Assembly: GCA_965140705.1 (NCBI GenBank)
Contig: OZ223302.1
Span: 544,001 to 608,000 of the forward strand
Origin: an uncultured Arcobacter sp.
GTDB lineage: Bacteria; Campylobacterota; Campylobacteria; Campylobacterales; Arcobacteraceae
DNA length: 64,000 nucleotides
Reading direction: 5' to 3'
The first letter of the stretch is position 1; each line of letters starts with the position of its first letter. The notes below the pieces were generated by a model. The model worked only from the letters and a program-made list of their open reading frames with translations. It did no database searches and was not told the DNA's origin. Below are positions 51,522 to 61,417 of the stretch, one piece after another. The translations under genes were made by a program, and so were the position numbers.

Positions 51522-52094
51522 CTAAAGAGAAAAAGATTTTTCTATCATATCTTTTATTTTTTCTTGTAAATCAGGATTTTTATCTAAGATTTTTAAACTA
51601 TTATAAATCTCTAATAATTCTGATTCATCAAATATTGAAATATCATCAGCTGCTGCATATACAAATTCAAGTTTTATGTAATCAACATTTTCATCACTTG
51701 TAGTTTTTACAGAGATTTGACTATTTGCAAAGGCATTTTTTTGTATGTTTTTTACAATATCATCACTAAAACTCAAAGGAAGATTAGGATTAATTGCTAT
51801 ATGAATAAAGATTTTATTGCTTCTTATTTTTATAGAATCAATATCTACACAATCATAATGTTCATAAATTATCTTATCGCTTTTAGCAAATAAATCATAC
51901 AAAGGACAAACATCAAGTACATTTTTCTTTTTGAACTGTGGTAATGCTGATATCATAAGAAAATAGTTATTAAATTGTTTTCTATCAAGTGGTCTTGCTA
52001 CTATTTTTTTATGTTCAAAACTACTATTAAAAAGTGTCGCTGTTCTATTTAAATCAAGAGTGTTGTTATTTTTTTGCTCATTGTTGTTTATCAT
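51522..52094 (-). CDS. Hypothetical protein
   Basis: 190-aa ORF with AAGG RBS; no recognisable motif. Confidence 0.65.
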   Translation of the reverse strand: MINNNEQKNNNTLDLNRTATLFNSSFEHKKIVARPLDRKQFNNYFLMISALPQFKKKNVLDVCPLYDLFAKSDKIIYEHYDCVDIDSIKIRSNKIFIHIAINPNLPLSFSDDIVKNIQKNAFANSQISVKTTSDENVDYIKLEFVYAAADDISIFDESELLEIYNSLKILDKNPDLQEKIKDMIEKSFSL

Positions 52095-52262
52095 AAACCA
52101 TACCTTTATTGTCTTAGGTTTATTATATATTTTTGAAGATTTTTTTAAAATGATTTTTTGTGTGAAAAGAGAGGAATTAGAGATGAAAAAGAGTTTCTTA
52201 AACTATTTTTAAGCAAAGTAATTCGTTTTAGACTGATTTTTTTGATTTAAAATTATAAATCT

Positions 52263-52518
52263 CTCTTGAGCACCCTTCGGCTGTCTCGTTCCTTTCTTCT
52301 TTGGTGGCAAAGAAAATAACATGCACGAACAAAGTGAGCAAATTCTACTTGAAGATAAAGAAAACTCTCAACGGCTTCATCGGTCTTCGACTTCCCAAAT
52401 CTTATGACTATGATTTGCTTTCAAATAAGACTTAATAATTCAGCTCAACGCACAAAATTTGCCTTGTTATTTAACACAAGTTTTTCTCTGTTTCGATGTT
52501 AAATTTAAGGGATAAGGA
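52263..52518 (+). repeat. Structured non-coding element, copy A
   Basis: Ordered motifs CTCTTGA / TTTGGTGGCAAA / CAACGGCTT-N7-CTTCG-N2-TTCC-N5-CTTAT / GATGTT / GGGATAAGGA shared with the reverse complement of 60140-60376. Confidence 0.75.
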
Positions 52519-52535
52519 TATGAAATCATTTACTT

Positions 52536-53249
52536 TTAAACCCCTAACATACTATTAGACAACAGTTTTTTCCTACTCTCCCAATCACTTAAATACTTAC
52601 CAAGTAACTCTTTAAATCTTTCATTATGATGTCTTTCTAGTAAATGCACCATTTCATGTACTACAATATACTCTATACACTCAACGGGCACTTTTGCAAG
52701 TTCAAGATTAAACCAAATATTTTTAGCTTCTATATTACAAGCTCCCCATTTGGTTTTCATCTTTTTTACATCCCAACGATTTAGCTTTACACCTATTTTC
52801 TTTTCCCATTTAGATACTAACTTTTCAAGCTCTTTTTTTAATTCACTTCTATACCATTCATTGAGTACTAAGAGCTTATTTTGATATGTAGTATTTTTAT
52901 TTACATAGAGTTCTAAAGTTGAGTGTTGTTTTACTATTTCATGTTTTCCATGTCGGTATATAACTTCAAGTAAATATCTATTTCCTAAAAAATAGTGACT
53001 TTCAGCATTTAACATCTCTCTTTTACTTTGTCGAGGTTGATTTTTAAAATTCTCTTTTTGCTTTTTTATCCATGCCAATCTTGATACCACTGCCAGTCGT
53101 ATACTATCATCACTTGTGTGTAGTGGAGATGCAACTCTTACCCTACCCTCGGGAGGATATACTCCTATATGGATATTTTTAATATCTTTTTTAACTACAT
53201 CAATATCTATATCACTAACATTGATTTTACTAATATTATTGGTAATCAT
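52536..53249 (-). CDS. M48/YgjP (DUF45) family zinc-dependent hydrolase
   Basis: KMKTKWGAC, EYIVVHEMVHLLERHH (HExxH). Confidence 0.9.
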   Translation of the reverse strand: MITNNISKINVSDIDIDVVKKDIKNIHIGVYPPEGRVRVASPLHTSDDSIRLAVVSRLAWIKKQKENFKNQPRQSKREMLNAESHYFLGNRYLLEVIYRHGKHEIVKQHSTLELYVNKNTTYQNKLLVLNEWYRSELKKELEKLVSKWEKKIGVKLNRWDVKKMKTKWGACNIEAKNIWFNLELAKVPVECIEYIVVHEMVHLLERHHNERFKELLGKYLSDWESRKKLLSNSMLGV

Positions 53250-56200
53250 GTTGTTTCTTTATTATATCCATCAATGATTCTATTACCTCATCATCTAAGC
53301 CTGTCTCTCTAGCTATTGAAACAGATATTTTTCTCTCTTTCATTGGATGACCTATCCAATTATCCTCTTTAGTTCTTTCTATTATTTCATCTATTTTATT
53401 TGTTAAATCTTCTTTACTATCAAGTTTATCATAAATAGCTCTTTTTGCTAAACTTCCTTTTATACTATCAGGGTATTCTACATCTTCATTTTCACTAGGG
53501 TCATAAACCTTTGAAGCTAAATCTTTTATCTTTTCTAAATACTCTTTATACTCCATAGCATTTTCTTTACGCTCTTGGATAAGTTCATCTAAAAGCTCTG
53601 ACATTTTTTCATAATATTTAGGGTTTACCGATTTTTCATCAATGATAAGTTTTCTTACATTGTTTTCTATAGCTTCACTCATCGCTTCTTCATTCTCTTG
53701 CATACCTTTAGGCATACTTTTTACAAAATCTTCACTTCGACTTTTTATTAAAAGCTCTAATACTCCCATCTCTTCAAAATCTACAACTATCTCACTATCA
53801 TCAGCTTTTACATACTTATCAATAAGCTGTCTCATATCAGGCTCATATTTTTTTAAATCTATGTAATCACCACTTGAAAGCTTTATCTCTTCTCTTACTT
53901 TCTCATAATGCTTTACTTCTTCTTTTATTTCAAGTATTTCACTTTCACTATATCCTGCTAAATCATATTCATTGGCAATATTTGCATAAGCTCTTATAAG
54001 TGCTACCACACATTTATAAAGAAGTATTCTTTTAGCTTCATTATTTTTTATAGCCTCTTTATCATCACTAAGTCCTACAAAATATTTTTGATAATCGGTT
54101 ATATCTTTAGGCTCTTCAACTGGTTCACATAAAGCTTTTATATTTTCCCTCGCATTTTCAAGTCTCTCTTTTGCTTTTGTAAGTCTATTTGATATTAGCC
54201 CCTCTACATCTTTAGCCTCAAATTCTTCAAATGCTCCACTTGTATAATCTTCAATAGAGCCTTTAAGTTGGTTAAATAAATCTTGATAATCTATAATATA
54301 ACCATATTCTTTACCATCACCATCAAGTCTATTTACCCTACAAATAGCTTGAAAAAGTCCATGATCTCTAAGTCTTTTATCTATATACAAATATGTAGCA
54401 CTAGGAGCATCAAAACCTGTAAGAAGTTTATCTACAACTATTAATAGTTTCATTTGAGCAGGTTCATTGACAAATCTATCTTTTACTTGCTTTTCAAACT
54501 CATCTATTTTATTTACAGCTTTCTCTTCATCTTCATCAAAGTGTTCTGCTAACATCTTTCTATATACTTTGTATTTCTTTTGGTTTTGCTCAGTTGATTC
54601 CTCTTTTATATCTACAATAGATGGTACATAACTTGTTACTATGGCACATTTGCCTTTTAAATCTGTTTCTTGAAACATCTCATAGATTCTACAAGCATTA
54701 TAAATCTCATCACATACAAGCATAGCATTTCCACTACCATCTATTAGTCTATCTCTTGTTTTCATATCTTTTACAATATCAAAAACTATAGTAGATAATC
54801 TATCTTTAGATGATAGTACTTTTTTCATAGTTCCCCATTTTTGTTTTAGTTGAACTTTTGCCACATCATTTAAACCCTTTGTAGCTATCTCAAACCATTC
54901 ATCTATTTTTTTCTGGTTTCCTGTGTACTGATCTATATCTCTTGGCTCATATTGTAAATCAAGTACTACACCATCTTCTACTGCTTCATCAAACTGATAA
55001 GTATGGATATAAGTACCAAATTTCTCTATACTTGTTTCTTTATCCTCTTTTAGCAACGGTGTACCTGTAAAACCAATAAACATAGCATTTGGGAGTATCT
55101 CTTTCATAGCATCATGTAAAAGACCCGATTGAGTTCTATGGCACTCATCAACCAATACATACAAATCACCTTTTGGTTTAAAGTCACTTGGGATAGATTT
55201 CTTTAACTCTTTGATATATTTATCTGTTTCTTTTGAAGCTCTTTTTTCATTTGCTCCAAATTTATGTACTAAAGTACACATTAAAGACTCACTACTACTA
55301 TTTAAAGTTCCTAGAAGTTCAACACTTCCACTAGTACCTGAGCTAGGTTTGATTCTATAGATATTTTCTTCAACCCCTACAAATACTTTTTCTATCTGCT
55401 CATCTAGCTCTTTTCTATCTGTTACGATTAAAACTCTAGCATCTTCTATATTCTCTATTATCCATTTTGAAAGCCACACCATGGAGAGTGATTTACCACT
55501 TCCTTGGGTATGCCAAAAGATACCACCTTCTCTTTTTCTTACCCTTTCTTGCATAGCTTTTACACCAAAATATTGGTTTTGTCTGGCTATCTTTTTAATC
55601 CCTTTATCAAAAAGGATAAAATCATGTAACACTTCTATCAATCGCTTTTTATTTAAAAATCTTAAAATATCACAATCAAGTCTTGTAGTCCCATGTTCAC
55701 AATCATAAGGAGATAAAAACTTTTTATCTTTTTTATCTACTTTTGGGTTATACTCAGGATTTTCCTCTTTCCATGACAGATAATACTTTTCTTTTGTTCC
55801 TATAGTACCATACATCAAACCTTGTGTATCGTTACCTGCCATAACTAACTGCATTGAACTAAAAAAATCTTGAATAAATATTTTTTCTTGATTGATTAAA
55901 TTTTGTCTTATACCTTTGAGTACATCATTAGAAGAGCTTTTTAACTCAATTACCCCTATTGCTATACCATTGATATAGATTACAATATCGGGTCGTTTAT
56001 TTTTCTCTCGACCCTCAACTGCTACTTCCTCAGCAATATAAAAATCATTTGCTTCTATATCTTTCCAATCTATAAGCCAAGTTGTAGATGTGTGCTCATT
56101 TCCATTTTCATTTTCTTTTATTTTTACACCATATCGAAGTAGTTTATAAAACTCTTTATTAGCTTTATATAAGTATCTATCTCCGTTTAAAGATAAAGCT

Positions 56201-56400
56201 TCATAACACCTAGATAGAATTTTTGATATAAGTTTAGGGCTAATACCTCGCCCTTTTAGCCAAGATGTAAGTAGGTCTTCTTTTAGATTTGTATTTAACT
56301 GCTCAGATAAATCACCAAGATACTTATACCCAAGCTTTTTTTCCATAAGTTTTAATACTCTTTTTTGTGTAACTATTTCAGGCTTACCTACATCACTCAT
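53236..56400 (-). CDS. hsdR: Type I restriction endonuclease subunit R
   Basis: RPDIVIYINGI..IELK nuclease, HTQGSGKS, DECHR, GFTGTP, LLTGFD, QAICRVNR. Confidence 0.97.
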   Translation of the reverse strand: MSDVGKPEIVTQKRVLKLMEKKLGYKYLGDLSEQLNTNLKEDLLTSWLKGRGISPKLISKILSRCYEALSLNGDRYLYKANKEFYKLLRYGVKIKENENGNEHTSTTWLIDWKDIEANDFYIAEEVAVEGREKNKRPDIVIYINGIAIGVIELKSSSNDVLKGIRQNLINQEKIFIQDFFSSMQLVMAGNDTQGLMYGTIGTKEKYYLSWKEENPEYNPKVDKKDKKFLSPYDCEHGTTRLDCDILRFLNKKRLIEVLHDFILFDKGIKKIARQNQYFGVKAMQERVRKREGGIFWHTQGSGKSLSMVWLSKWIIENIEDARVLIVTDRKELDEQIEKVFVGVEENIYRIKPSSGTSGSVELLGTLNSSSESLMCTLVHKFGANEKRASKETDKYIKELKKSIPSDFKPKGDLYVLVDECHRTQSGLLHDAMKEILPNAMFIGFTGTPLLKEDKETSIEKFGTYIHTYQFDEAVEDGVVLDLQYEPRDIDQYTGNQKKIDEWFEIATKGLNDVAKVQLKQKWGTMKKVLSSKDRLSTIVFDIVKDMKTRDRLIDGSGNAMLVCDEIYNACRIYEMFQETDLKGKCAIVTSYVPSIVDIKEESTEQNQKKYKVYRKMLAEHFDEDEEKAVNKIDEFEKQVKDRFVNEPAQMKLLIVVDKLLTGFDAPSATYLYIDKRLRDHGLFQAICRVNRLDGDGKEYGYIIDYQDLFNQLKGSIEDYTSGAFEEFEAKDVEGLISNRLTKAKERLENARENIKALCEPVEEPKDITDYQKYFVGLSDDKEAIKNNEAKRILLYKCVVALIRAYANIANEYDLAGYSESEILEIKEEVKHYEKVREEIKLSSGDYIDLKKYEPDMRQLIDKYVKADDSEIVVDFEEMGVLELLIKSRSEDFVKSMPKGMQENEEAMSEAIENNVRKLIIDEKSVNPKYYEKMSELLDELIQERKENAMEYKEYLEKIKDLASKVYDPSENEDVEYPDSIKGSLAKRAIYDKLDSKEDLTNKIDEIIERTKEDNWIGHPMKERKISVSIARETGLDDEVIESLMDIIKKQHDYQ

Positions 56401-56404
56401 ATCT

Positions 56405-57607
56405 TTATCCTTTTATTAGTCTTGTCTTTCCTGTTAGAAGCTCATCCATCATCGCTTCTTTTATTGCTTTTGTTTTTTTTAATTTTTCTTTTAAAGATTC
56501 TATCTCTTTATCCATATCTGATAGTATAGTTGCTATTGCTTTTTGTTCGTCTATTTTTGGAACTAAAATTTCAATATTACTAAATTCTCCAATCCAATGT
56601 CTCTTATGGTCTGCCACTTGATATTTAATTTGTTGCATAACTTCATAAATAAACTTTAAATTAACATCTGAATTTTTAGGAATTAACATCTTCATTGCAG
56701 AAGATTTGACTTTAAAAGGGAAATTAACAAACTTACTTGAAGTAGTGAAATCATCAAAAATTATAACAGGAAGATTATCAAATATTCCAAATTCTTCATT
56801 CGTATATCCAAGAATAAATGTTTTTCCAGCAGTTAAAACTGGAACCTCACTACTGTCACTATACTTAGTATTTAATACTAAATATTTTGTAGGTTGTTCA
56901 TACTCTAAAAAGTCTCCAAGATTTTTTTCTTCCCACTCTTCAGTAAATCCTTTAAGTCGTTTTTTACCTGTTAAAAGTTGTTGCATAGTTCCTAGTTTGA
57001 TATTCTCTTTTTTATCTATTAAATTTTGAAGAGAATCGATAAGTTCATCAGTATCACTTAAAGCTTTTGCTATTGCTTTTTGTTCTTTTTCTTTTGGTAA
57101 AAATACTTCGTATTTTCCGACGGATTCTTGAGTAATCCCAAAGAATGTAGTTCCTGATTTTGTCAAATCTATATGTTTTAAAAATGGTTTATAATGTAAC
57201 TGATAAAATAGAAACTTTGGATAATATCGGTTGTTTTTTGGTCTAAATACCAAAAGGTGACTATTTAAAGATGCTTTATAAGGATATGGAATATTATCTA
57301 CATAAAGAAGCTTACCTATTGTTCCATCTTTTGTCATTAAAATATCATCTATCTTTAATTGAATTTGTTTAGCTTCATTATATCGTTCACTAGGAATATG
57401 ATAAACTTCATCCCATCTGATTTTTCCATCTTTAAAATTCATTCCTGTTATTAGAAAAGGATCGTCACTTCTAAAAGTAAATTCATGCTGTTTTAAACCT
57501 TGCCAACCTATTCTACCATGCATAGAGCTAATATCTTTAAATAATTCTAACTCCCATTCTTCAGGAATAACACCAATATCAGTTAATTTATACCCATCTT
57601 TTACCAT
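56405..57607 (-). CDS. hsdS: Type I R-M specificity subunit
   Basis: IPEEW; two TRDs, each followed by the repeat EQKAIA..LSD.D..I.SL...LLTGK.RL. Confidence 0.95.
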   Translation of the reverse strand: MVKDGYKLTDIGVIPEEWELELFKDISSMHGRIGWQGLKQHEFTFRSDDPFLITGMNFKDGKIRWDEVYHIPSERYNEAKQIQLKIDDILMTKDGTIGKLLYVDNIPYPYKASLNSHLLVFRPKNNRYYPKFLFYQLHYKPFLKHIDLTKSGTTFFGITQESVGKYEVFLPKEKEQKAIAKALSDTDELIDSLQNLIDKKENIKLGTMQQLLTGKKRLKGFTEEWEEKNLGDFLEYEQPTKYLVLNTKYSDSSEVPVLTAGKTFILGYTNEEFGIFDNLPVIIFDDFTTSSKFVNFPFKVKSSAMKMLIPKNSDVNLKFIYEVMQQIKYQVADHKRHWIGEFSNIEILVPKIDEQKAIATILSDMDKEIESLKEKLKKTKAIKEAMMDELLTGKTRLIKG

Positions 57608-60054
57608 GAAATCCCCATAGCTTTTAGGTGTTCTTCTACTTTTTTATTTAAATCTTGTGTATTTTCTTCTAGTTTTGAAAGAGGTGTTTTATATCGTTCT
57701 TCTAAAGTTTTAATTCTATTGGCTAATGAGTTTGTTACCCTTTCAATCTCTTCTTTTATAGAAGTTACAATAGTGTTAAGCCATTTATCTTCTATCACTA
57801 ACTCTTTTATCTCAAAAATTGAAAGAGTTGGGTACTTTTCATATACTTTTATATTTAAAGCTTTGATTGCATTGTTTAGTGTTGTGTTAGCTTTTGTTTT
57901 TGTTTCAGTTAGCTCTTTATACTTTTTAAACACCTCTCTATCATCTTTATCTTTTGTATTTTTGATAGCTTTTTTTAGTGCATCGGCTGTTATATTACCT
58001 TTGTCATTTCTTATGGTATCAAGTACACTATCCTCTCCACTATCTTCCTCTACAAAACTCTCTAATCTACCTATAGCCTCATCAAGTTTTACTTGAAGTT
58101 CATCTATCTCTTTTTGTTCAACATGAAAATACTTAGCTATCATAAGATGTGGAGGGATAAGGTCAGCTACATATCTTTTCTTAGCTTTTCCTATCTCAAA
58201 ATGGTGTTTCTCTTTATATTTATTTTTACCATTTTTATCTTTTACAGGTTTTAAAAGCCTTGGTTCATTTCCTACTTTCCAACCATCAATAGAAATCATA
58301 TAACAATCATCTTGCATAGTCTCAACCCAGTAATCCATCAATAGCTGATAAATTTCATATTTATTTATAAGTTTCACATTTCCAAATACTTTTAAAATAC
58401 CTTCAGAGAGCTTATTTATTAACTCTTTTGGATGAAATCCCTCTTCTAAGTTTTCCAATATTTTAAAGTGATTATTCATCCACTGTTGATAAAGTTTAAG
58501 AGTCTCATCTTTAAACTCTTTATATTCATTATGATTTAAAATAAAGCTTTTCACTTCATTTGATTTTATTTTTATATCACTATACCCATCTTTTTTACTT
58601 GGAGTAAATAGTTCAGTTTTTAATTTTGGGAAAGTATCCCAATACTCTTTTAAATTTTCTATATCATTATTTGGTATTCCACCATTTAAATGTGCATATA
58701 AATTATGTATATCTTCTTCTTTACTACTATCTATATATCTTGGAATATTTAGATTATATTGATGAGCTTCTATCTCTTTATATGGAACCATACGAGAGTA
58801 TTTTTCTATCTCAGTTTGAGTATTAAAAGTATCTATTATTTTATGTACATCTTGGTCTCTTAGGCGATTTTTATTTCCATCTTTTTTAAACCCTTTAGAA
58901 GCATCTATCATAAATATACCACTTCGTCCACCAGCTCCCTCTTTATCAAGTACGATGATACAAGCAGGTATCCCTGTACCATAAAAAAGGTTTGCAGGTA
59001 ATCCTATAATACCTTTAATATATCTTTTTACTCTGATAAGTTGCTCTCTTATTGTCGCTTCTGCATTTCCACGAAATAGTACTCCATGAGGTAATATAAC
59101 AGCACCTTTACCCTTTTGTTTCATAGATTTTACAATATGAAGTAAAAAACCATAGTCTCCATTTTTCTCTGGTGGTATTGCATCATATCCATCAAATCTT
59201 CTATAAACATCAGGATTATGTACTCCATTTGTCCAAGCTTTTAAAGAAAATGGGGGATTCGCAACCACAAAATCAAAAGTTTTAAGTGTTATATCATCCT
59301 CTTTAAAATATGGATGTGATAATGTACTTTGACCACCTGGGGCAATTTCATAAGTTTCTTGTCCGTGTATTATAAGATTCATTTTACAAAGTAATGTAGT
59401 AGCCGCTTCTTTTTCTTGTCCATAGATACTTAAACCATTTGGTGCTTCATTGGAACACTTTAAAAGAAGTGAACCACTTCCACAAGTTGGGTCATATACT
59501 GTTTGCTTTTGAGTAGTATTTTTATCTATACCTATTATTTTTGGTAGGATTGTTGAAACTTCTGAAGGAGTATAAAACTGTCCTTTACTTTTTCCTGATT
59601 CAGTTGCAAAGTGACGCATAAGATATTCATACGCATCTCCAAGAAGATCATCCCCCTCAGCTGTATTTGCCCCAAGTTCAAGGTTATCAAATATTTTTAT
59701 AAGCTTTGATAAAGTATCTACCATTTGCTTATCTTTACCTAGCTTCTCTTCACTATTAAAATCAGCTGTAGTGATAACATTACCCAAACCATTAGCATCA
59801 GCAACTTTTCGGATGATTATATTCATCTTATCACCGATCTCTTTATCACCACTTAACTTAACAATATCATCAAAACTAGCACCCTTAGGGATTATTATCA
59901 TACTGTGTTTATCATTTTTATGTTTATCTGATACATATTTCATAAATAGAAGTGTAAGGACATAGTTTTTATATTCACTAGCATCCATTCCACCTCTAAG
60001 CTCATCCGCACTTGCCCATAGAGAGCTATATAATTCTGTTTTTTTGATTGCCAT
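57601..60054 (-). CDS. hsdM: Type I R-M methyltransferase subunit (m6A)
   Basis: LWASADELRG, GQFYTP, YDPTCGSG, NPPF, LPHGVLFRG, YNLNIPRY. Confidence 0.97.
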   Translation of the reverse strand: MAIKKTELYSSLWASADELRGGMDASEYKNYVLTLLFMKYVSDKHKNDKHSMIIIPKGASFDDIVKLSGDKEIGDKMNIIIRKVADANGLGNVITTADFNSEEKLGKDKQMVDTLSKLIKIFDNLELGANTAEGDDLLGDAYEYLMRHFATESGKSKGQFYTPSEVSTILPKIIGIDKNTTQKQTVYDPTCGSGSLLLKCSNEAPNGLSIYGQEKEAATTLLCKMNLIIHGQETYEIAPGGQSTLSHPYFKEDDITLKTFDFVVANPPFSLKAWTNGVHNPDVYRRFDGYDAIPPEKNGDYGFLLHIVKSMKQKGKGAVILPHGVLFRGNAEATIREQLIRVKRYIKGIIGLPANLFYGTGIPACIIVLDKEGAGGRSGIFMIDASKGFKKDGNKNRLRDQDVHKIIDTFNTQTEIEKYSRMVPYKEIEAHQYNLNIPRYIDSSKEEDIHNLYAHLNGGIPNNDIENLKEYWDTFPKLKTELFTPSKKDGYSDIKIKSNEVKSFILNHNEYKEFKDETLKLYQQWMNNHFKILENLEEGFHPKELINKLSEGILKVFGNVKLINKYEIYQLLMDYWVETMQDDCYMISIDGWKVGNEPRLLKPVKDKNGKNKYKEKHHFEIGKAKKRYVADLIPPHLMIAKYFHVEQKEIDELQVKLDEAIGRLESFVEEDSGEDSVLDTIRNDKGNITADALKKAIKNTKDKDDREVFKKYKELTETKTKANTTLNNAIKALNIKVYEKYPTLSIFEIKELVIEDKWLNTIVTSIKEEIERVTNSLANRIKTLEERYKTPLSKLEENTQDLNKKVEEHLKAMGISW

Positions 60055-60139
60055 TTATTTCCAATAATTATTTATCTATTTAAGATAATTATTTTACAAA
60101 AAGTTTTTAGTGATACATATAAAATAGATAAATAAAATC

Positions 60140-60376
60140 TCCTTATCCCCTTTTATTCCAACATCTGCAAAAGCCGAGCGTTTATTTTTCTTTTTTCCAA
60201 ACAAGTTTGGCAACTGTTTGAGTGTTTAAAAGTTGCTAAATGCGAGTTTTGACAAATGGAAAAATTAAAAATAATAAGGGGATGGAACCCGAAGGGCTTT
60301 TAAGCCGTTGGTGGCTTTTTGTTTTACTTTTTGCCACCAAAAAGTGAAGAAGCGAAGAACTTTAATTCTTCAAGAG
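60140..60376 (-). repeat. Structured non-coding element, copy B (inverted relative to copy A)
   Basis: Same ordered motifs and spacing as 52263-52518 on the minus strand. Confidence 0.75.
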
Positions 60377-60403
60377 CGTAATAAAAGAAAAAGGATTTTT
60401 CTT

Positions 60404-61249
60404 TTATTTTTCCACTAATTTATACAAATTAGCAATCTCCTCTGCCCAAATTTCTTCGTTTATCGTCTCTAAAACCAACGGAATATCATCCATTCTCTCA
60501 TCATTCATAATAAATTTAAAAGCATCCCAACCAATCTTTCCTACACCTAAAGAATCGTGTCTATCTACTCTACTTCCTAAGTCTGGTTTTGAATCATTTA
60601 TATGCATACCCATTAAGTATTGTCTTCCTACTACCTCATCGAACTCTTTCCAGGTTTTATCATAGGCTTCTCTTGTTCTTATGTCATATCCAGCTGTGAA
60701 CATGTGACAGGTGTCTATACATACTCCTACTCTACTTTTATCTCCGATTTTATCTATGATGTAAGCTAAGTGTTCAAACTTGTATCCTAAGTTACTTCCT
60801 TGTCCTGCTGTGTTTTCTATTACTAGTTTTACATCATTTGTTGCATCAATTGCTTTATTCATAGAAAGGGCTATATTATCTAAACACTCTTCTTCACTTA
60901 TCTTTCGCAAGTGACTTCCTGGGTGGAAGTTTAGTCTGTCTAGTTTTAGGATTTCACATCTCTCAATCTCATGGATAAATCCATCTAGTGATTTTTGACG
61001 ACTCTCTTCAACGGGATGTCCTAAGTTTATCAAATAACTATCGTGCGGTAAAATATGCTTTGGCAATATTCCACATTTGTCCATCTCTTCAAACCATTTA
61101 TCAAGAACATCATTTTCGAAAGGTTTTGCCGCCCATTGTCTTTGGTTTTTTGTAAAAAGAGCAAAAGCTTTTGCTCCTATTGCTGTTGCATTTATGGGTG
61201 CATTGTACACTCCCCCACTTGCGCTTACATGTGCTCCTACGTATTTCAT
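60404..61249 (-). CDS. nfo: Endonuclease IV
   Basis: [40 protein letters not shown]. Confidence 0.97.
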   Translation of the reverse strand: MKYVGAHVSASGGVYNAPINATAIGAKAFALFTKNQRQWAAKPFENDVLDKWFEEMDKCGILPKHILPHDSYLINLGHPVEESRQKSLDGFIHEIERCEILKLDRLNFHPGSHLRKISEEECLDNIALSMNKAIDATNDVKLVIENTAGQGSNLGYKFEHLAYIIDKIGDKSRVGVCIDTCHMFTAGYDIRTREAYDKTWKEFDEVVGRQYLMGMHINDSKPDLGSRVDRHDSLGVGKIGWDAFKFIMNDERMDDIPLVLETINEEIWAEEIANLYKLVEK

Positions 61250-61417
61250 TATCGGTTCCTAATATCTTTTTAGGGGGATTTTACTCAATCTTGGATTTTA
61301 TGTTCCTTATTGTTTCATTTTAGTTCAGATATTAATAAATGCTAGATAAATGCTATTTTTATCATGTGAATATCATTTCCTTTAATTATTATTTAGCCTG
61401 AAAAATAAGGAGATTTT

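Noticed and set aside
52263..52518. Element copies as CRISPR repeats, tRNA or integron attC sites
   Set aside because: No repeat-spacer array, no cloverleaf or T-loop consensus, no RYYYAAC...GTTRRRY ends recognised and no integrase in the window
56405..57607. hsdS shuffling or inversion system
   Set aside because: Single hsdS, no silent TRDs or recombinase nearby; internal repeats are the normal conserved regions
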